A stretch of DNA of 23,918 nucleotides from Macrostomum lignano (Eukaryota), in NCBI GenBank assembly GCA_002269645.1, contig NIVC01005167.1:1-23918 (forward strand). The letters are read 5' to 3'. This document shows positions 21,201 to 23,918 of the stretch, in pieces. How positions within the stretch are numbered: the first letter of the stretch is position 1; every line of letters starts with the position of its first letter. Under the pieces are notes generated by a model, which was given only the letters and a program-made list of their open reading frames with translations, was not told the origin of the DNA and did not search any database. A program made the translations under genes and the position numbers.

Positions 21201-23918
21201 CCTGTGACAATGATTCGCGGAAAAAGTTCGACCGATTCCTACGCGGTCGGATGAGCAACGACGAGGGGGTTAGTAATATTTTGAGAACAATATTTTTTGG
21301 TTATAAAACGGCCCTTTTGAGGCCCTAATTAGCAATTTGTAGCTAGTTACTACTATTAGTAGACTAATCGAGCCTTGAAAATTATTTTAACATTTCAAAC
21401 AAAATTGATTTTAACTTGTTAGTGCACATTATAAATTACAGTGACATTATTCGCCAATCGTCTGCTTCAAGTAGAGTTGTTAATGAATTTTATGCTTTTA
21501 CCACAAAAAGTTAAAATTATTCCGCTTATTTTTTCGCAGGTAAAGTACAAATTCCCCGAGGAAGGTCTAGTCTACGACTACTTTTTCAACGACGGCAATT
21601 TTCTGACACCAAAGAAAGATGACGACGAAGAAGACGAAGAGCAGGCCGCCCAGAAGAAAGCGAAAGAGTCGATGCGCTGGGAGAACTGGATGGACAGCCT
21701 AGACGAGTTCGTGATCCCGTCAGACGCCAAATTCAGCGAGATCATCGTGCCAACCATCGACAACGTGCGATCAAGCCGCCTCATCGAGATGCTGCTAGTG
21801 AATCGAAAACGCGTCCTGTGCGTTGGTCCAACTGGCACAGGTAAAACCTTGTCAATCACAGACAAGCTCAACCGGTACATGCCGCAAGAGTTCATGATCG
21901 AGTCAATCGTATTCTCGGCCAAGACTTCGTCCAATCAGACGCAGGACCTGATCGATGGCAAGCTGGACAAGCGTCGCAAAGGCGTGTTTGGGCCGCCTCT
22001 CGGCAAGCAGATGATTTTCTTTATTGACGATTTGAACATGCCGGCCCTGGAGGTCTACGGAGCTCAGCCCCCGATCGAGCTGATCCGACAATGGGCAGAT
22101 TTCAGCGGCTGGTACGATCGGAAAGCCATTGGCGACTTCCGCAGACTGATCGATGTGAACTTCATCTGCGCGATGGGCCCGCCAGGCGGTGGACGAAATC
22201 CTGTGACAGCCCGGCTGCAGAGGCACTTCAACTTCTTGGCCTTCACCGAGATGGAAGACGACTCCATGACAAAGATCTTTGGAACCATTTTGGACTTCTG
22301 GACTGGTCAGGGATCTGGCAATCTGAACAAGTTCTCAGGCCAGATGGTGAAGACTTGCATCGCTGTGTACTCGGAAATCCAACGGGTCTTGCTTCCTACA
22401 CCGGCTAAGAGTCATTACACCTTTAATCTGCGCGATCTGAGCAAAGTCTTTCAGGTGAGACAGGGGAAAGTTCAGATTGACTCTAGGAGACAAAAGTGCA
22501 AAAGATACGACCATAAATTAATATTTATTGCAATTTTTAGCAACTGTTTCCTTGAATTGAGGTGAAAAACACAAAAAGTATTGGGACCCTGACGCTCTAA
22601 TGCCCCTAGTGCTTACGTATCTGCATTCGAAGGTGCCAACATGCTCGTTTCACTCTGCGTTACACCCCCTTTCACCCTCGCAATCCAGGGCATCCTGATG
22701 ATGGATGCCAACAACGTCAAGAGTCTGGACGACCTGCTCCGACTCTGGTACCACGAAAGCTGTCGCGTCTTCCAAGACCGTCTAGTGAACGACGACGATC
22801 GGGGTTGGTTCCGCGACCTGCTCAAACAGAAAATGCAGGAGGACTTCGATCGAACCTACGATGAAGTCGTGTCCAACGAACCCGTGCTCTACGGCGACTT
22901 CCTATCCGGTGTTGAGAACAGGCAGTACATTGAGTTCACCAATCCTGAGGAGATGGTGAAGCGAGTCGAAGAGCACCTGGAGGACTACAACCAGATCAAC
23001 ACGGCCCAGATGCAGCTGGTGCTGTTCATGGACGCTATTTGTCACGTGTGCCGCATCGCTCGGATTATTCGACAGCCGTTGGGCAACGCGCTGTTGCTGG
23101 GCATGGGCGGGTCTGGCAGGCAGAGTCTCACCAGACTGGCTGCTCACATGTAAGTTGAGAGAGCGACTCATTATTGACGTGTTACAATTGCGTATTGCAC
23201 TTAAAATGATTATTTTTGTTTTTTTGCAGGGCCGAGTTCGATTGTTTCCAAATCGAACTATCGAAGAACTATGGCGTCACCGAGTGGCGAGACGATCTCA
23301 AAAAAATCATGATGAAGGCCGGTCTAGAAAACCAACCGGTTGTGTTCCTCTTCTCCGATACTCAGGTGAGATTGCTTTGTCGAGCGATTCAGGGCCAAAC
23401 CAAAGGTATTGTGCTAGCGATAACCCTGAGAATAACTGAGACTTCGGAGGGCCGTAGCCTAGTGGTCTAGCGCGGCGCTCTGATGTGTCAGCGGCCCAGG
23501 CTCGATTCCAAGTCCAGTCACATTAATATGAGACGAAATAGTAATCTCGGCTTGGCTCTGCTCGTGCAAGTGTACATGCCTAACGATAAATAAAGTTTAG
23601 GGCCGCTGTACACTCCTGTGTGAGTGTGTACCTGGGCGTATGACTGCTTACGTATCGCGCGCTTGTGTGCCTGCTCAGGGGAGTCGGAAGAACGGGCAGC
23701 AATGCCTCTCGCCGGTTGTGCGACAATGTCGCTTAAAGTGCGCCAGTGTGCACACAGCCACTGCCTCTAATAATAAGAAAAAGCGCTGTACACTACCGGG
23801 TAGATGTAATTGATCCATGTTAAACTGATTATAGATTAAATCCGAGTCCTTCCTCGAGGACCTCAACAACGTTCTGAACGCTGGCGACGTGCCAAACATC
23901 TACGCTCCGGACGAGCTG
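8649..23918 (+). CDS. DNAH1: Dynein axonemal heavy chain 1-like (inner-arm dynein), 5' part through AAA4, truncated by window end
   Basis: 20 exons give the DNAH1-type N-terminal tail ([37 protein letters not shown]), the DHC_N2 linker ([25 protein letters not shown]), AAA1 GPAGTGKT (split by an intron), AAA2 [11 protein letters not shown]3 GPTGTGKT and AAA4 GMGGSGRQ. Phases are consistent at every junction. Confidence 0.95.
8881..9506. repeat. 30-bp minisatellite (GTAGCTTGYGGTGCACAGAGAACTGTTGGT), about 21 near-perfect copies
   Basis: Near-identical 60-nt rows 8881-9506, inside DNAH1 intron 1. Confidence 0.97.
9583..9671 (+). CDS. DNAH1: DNAH1 exon 2
   Basis: ccctcag|TG; [12 protein letters not shown]...TTKLTELS; donor gtgagt. 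Confidence 0.78.
9765..10119 (+). CDS. DNAH1: DNAH1 exon 3
   Basis: ggcag|GAC; [12 protein letters not shown]...[10 protein letters not shown]; donor gtaagc, phase 1. Confidence 0.9.
10221..10470. repeat. ~85-bp tandem repeat, 3 copies
   Basis: CGACACCCAC...GCTTGGCCACGAG...GTGTACAGTCTTTC at 10221, 10305, 10392. Confidence 0.88.
10622..11036 (+). CDS. DNAH1: DNAH1 exon 4
   Basis: aaccag|TG; VGVLDYD...[15 protein letters not shown]...[10 protein letters not shown]; donor gtgagt, phase 2. Confidence 0.92.
11149..11598. repeat. 24-bp minisatellite (GGTATGGTGTCCCATCCATTGTCA), about 19 copies
   Basis: Direct reading; MDGTPYLT periodicity on the - strand. Confidence 0.95.
12037..12274. repeat. 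(CTGT)n tetranucleotide microsatellite with two GCCCCTCTGCC interruptions
   Basis: Direct reading. Confidence 0.97.
12308..12611 (+). CDS. DNAH1: DNAH1 exon 5
   Basis: ttcacag|A; [15 protein letters not shown]...VRSECNEV; donor gtgaga. Confidence 0.92.
12811..13175 (+). CDS. DNAH1: DNAH1 exon 6 (3' end ambiguous: 13175 or 13214)
   Basis: cttcag|GTG; LEEFEQ...[26 protein letters not shown]; two same-phase donors, gtcagt at 13176 and gtaagt at 13215. Confidence 0.85.
13271..13421 (+). CDS. DNAH1: DNAH1 exon 7
   Basis: cttccag|G; [14 protein letters not shown]...VPQLEK; donor gtgaag. Confidence 0.9.
13505..13720. repeat. Degenerate repeat AGCCAATCAAATTCTTGGAGCTAAAAATAGTATC, 3-4 copies
   Basis: Copies near 13522, 13599, 13669 and a partial copy at 13704. 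Confidence 0.8.
13768..13967 (+). CDS. DNAH1: DNAH1 exon 8
   Basis: attccag|TTT; [13 protein letters not shown]...[10 protein letters not shown]; donor gtgagt, phase 2. Confidence 0.9.
14077..14302 (+). CDS. DNAH1: DNAH1 exon 9
   Basis: tgacag|T; PSSIIIGPF...LSKKCKAMA; donor gtgagc. Confidence 0.9.
14501..16754 (+). CDS. DNAH1: DNAH1 exon 10 (2254 nt; tail end, linker, start of AAA1)
   Basis: ttttccag|GCC; includes most of ORF 14585-16924, up to [11 protein letters not shown]; donor gtgagt, phase 1. Confidence 0.96.
16801..16936. promoter_or_regulatory. Cluster of RFX X-box-like sites (TAGCAAC x4, TAGCAAA x1) in a degenerate ~25-bp repeat
   Basis: TAGCAAC at 16809, 16857, 16882, 16908; ATTGCCTAGCAAC 16902-16914 is one mismatch from GTTGCCTAGCAAC. 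Function is inferred. Confidence 0.45.
17068..17368 (+). CDS. DNAH1: DNAH1 exon 11 (AAA1)
   Basis: ttcag|GA; KTETTKDL...[13 protein letters not shown]...FITMNPG; donor gtgagc. Confidence 0.96.
17436..17600. repeat. 30-bp minisatellite (AAATCAGTCACTCATTCACTCATT..), about 5.5 copies
   Basis: Direct reading; SHSFTH periodicity in ORF 17435. Confidence 0.92.
17628..18180 (+). CDS. DNAH1: DNAH1 exon 12 (AAA1 to AAA2 P-loop)
   Basis: tttcag|C; [17 protein letters not shown]...[16 protein letters not shown]; donor gtgagc. Confidence 0.96.
18322..18665. repeat. 49-51-bp minisatellite (CCTCAATGTACACTCGCTCGCG...), 7 copies
   Basis: ATGTACAC at 18338, 18387, 18436, 18486, 18537, 18588, 18639. Confidence 0.95.
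18713..18933 (+). CDS. DNAH1: DNAH1 exon 13 (AAA2)
   Basis: atccag|TGC; [13 protein letters not shown]...EWTDG; donor gtaagt. Confidence 0.95.
19046..19352 (+). CDS. DNAH1: DNAH1 exon 14 (AAA2)
   Basis: tgcag|G; [25 protein letters not shown]...[13 protein letters not shown]; donor gttagc. Confidence 0.95.
19378..19645 (+). mobile_element. tRNA-derived SINE with CORE-like domain
   Basis: Pol III box A TAGCCTAGTGG 19385-19395; box B GGTTCGATTCC 19429-19439; 19459-19520 (GTGTCCCTGAGCAAGAC...TTCAGTT...CTGTAAAATGGG) resembles the CORE-SINE consensus; A7 tail at 19639-19645. Confidence 0.8.
19728..19850 (+). CDS. DNAH1: DNAH1 exon 15
   Basis: acgcag|GAC; [13 protein letters not shown]...FFKPF; donor gtaatt. 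Confidence 0.9.
21110..21268 (+). CDS. DNAH1: DNAH1 exon 16 (not in ORF track)
   Basis: atccag|GAG; [31 protein letters not shown]...; donor gttagt. Confidence 0.92.
21540..22454 (+). CDS. DNAH1: DNAH1 exon 17 (AAA3)
   Basis: ttcgcag|GTA; [41 protein letters not shown]; donor gtgaga. Confidence 0.96.
22689..23149 (+). CDS. DNAH1: DNAH1 exon 18 (into AAA4)
   Basis: atccag|GGC; [15 protein letters not shown]...[16 protein letters not shown]; donor gtaagt. Confidence 0.95.
23230..23365 (+). CDS. DNAH1: DNAH1 exon 19 (AAA4)
   Basis: ttgcag|G; [25 protein letters not shown]; donor gtgaga. Confidence 0.95.
23446..23785 (+). mobile_element. Second tRNA-headed SINE-like element (different body)
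   Basis: Box A TAGCCTAGTGG 23455-23465; box B GGCTCGATTCC 23499-23509; GC-richer body ending in an A-rich tail AATAATAAGAAAAAGCGC. Boundaries are approximate. Confidence 0.62.
23835..23918 (+). CDS. DNAH1: DNAH1 exon 20 (partial, runs off window)
   Basis: attatag|ATT; [28 protein letters not shown]. Confidence 0.93.
   Translation, partial: MKSESFLEDLNNVLNAGDVPNIYAPDEL

Overview
Eukaryotic (animal) genomic DNA containing two intron-rich + strand genes in tandem. (1) A STRIP1/2 (FAM40/Far11, STRIPAK complex) orthologue: 6 coding exons, 641-6856. Its ATG exon is probably upstream of the window, and there is an apparent 1-nt frameshift at 809-811. (2) An axonemal inner-arm dynein heavy chain of the DNAH1 type: ATG at 8649, 20 exons, running off the right edge in AAA4. 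I reconstructed all splice junctions by hand; they are GT-AG with consistent phases. Almost every large intron holds its own private minisatellite, which explains the long low-complexity ORFs in the track. Two introns carry tRNA-headed SINEs. The less ordinary signals are a 9-unit CCAAT/hairpin array with conserved cores and variable spacers just after the STRIP stop, an RFX X-box-like cluster in the intron that splits the dynein AAA1 P-loop, an operon/trans-splicing-like junction before the dynein ATG, and a dispersed CAATGTACAC repeat family in both orientations. The style (GC-rich codons, polyQ/polyA inserts, repeat-filled introns) suggests an invertebrate such as a free-living flatworm, but that is inference. 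Comparisons with human proteins are from memory and need checking by alignment.
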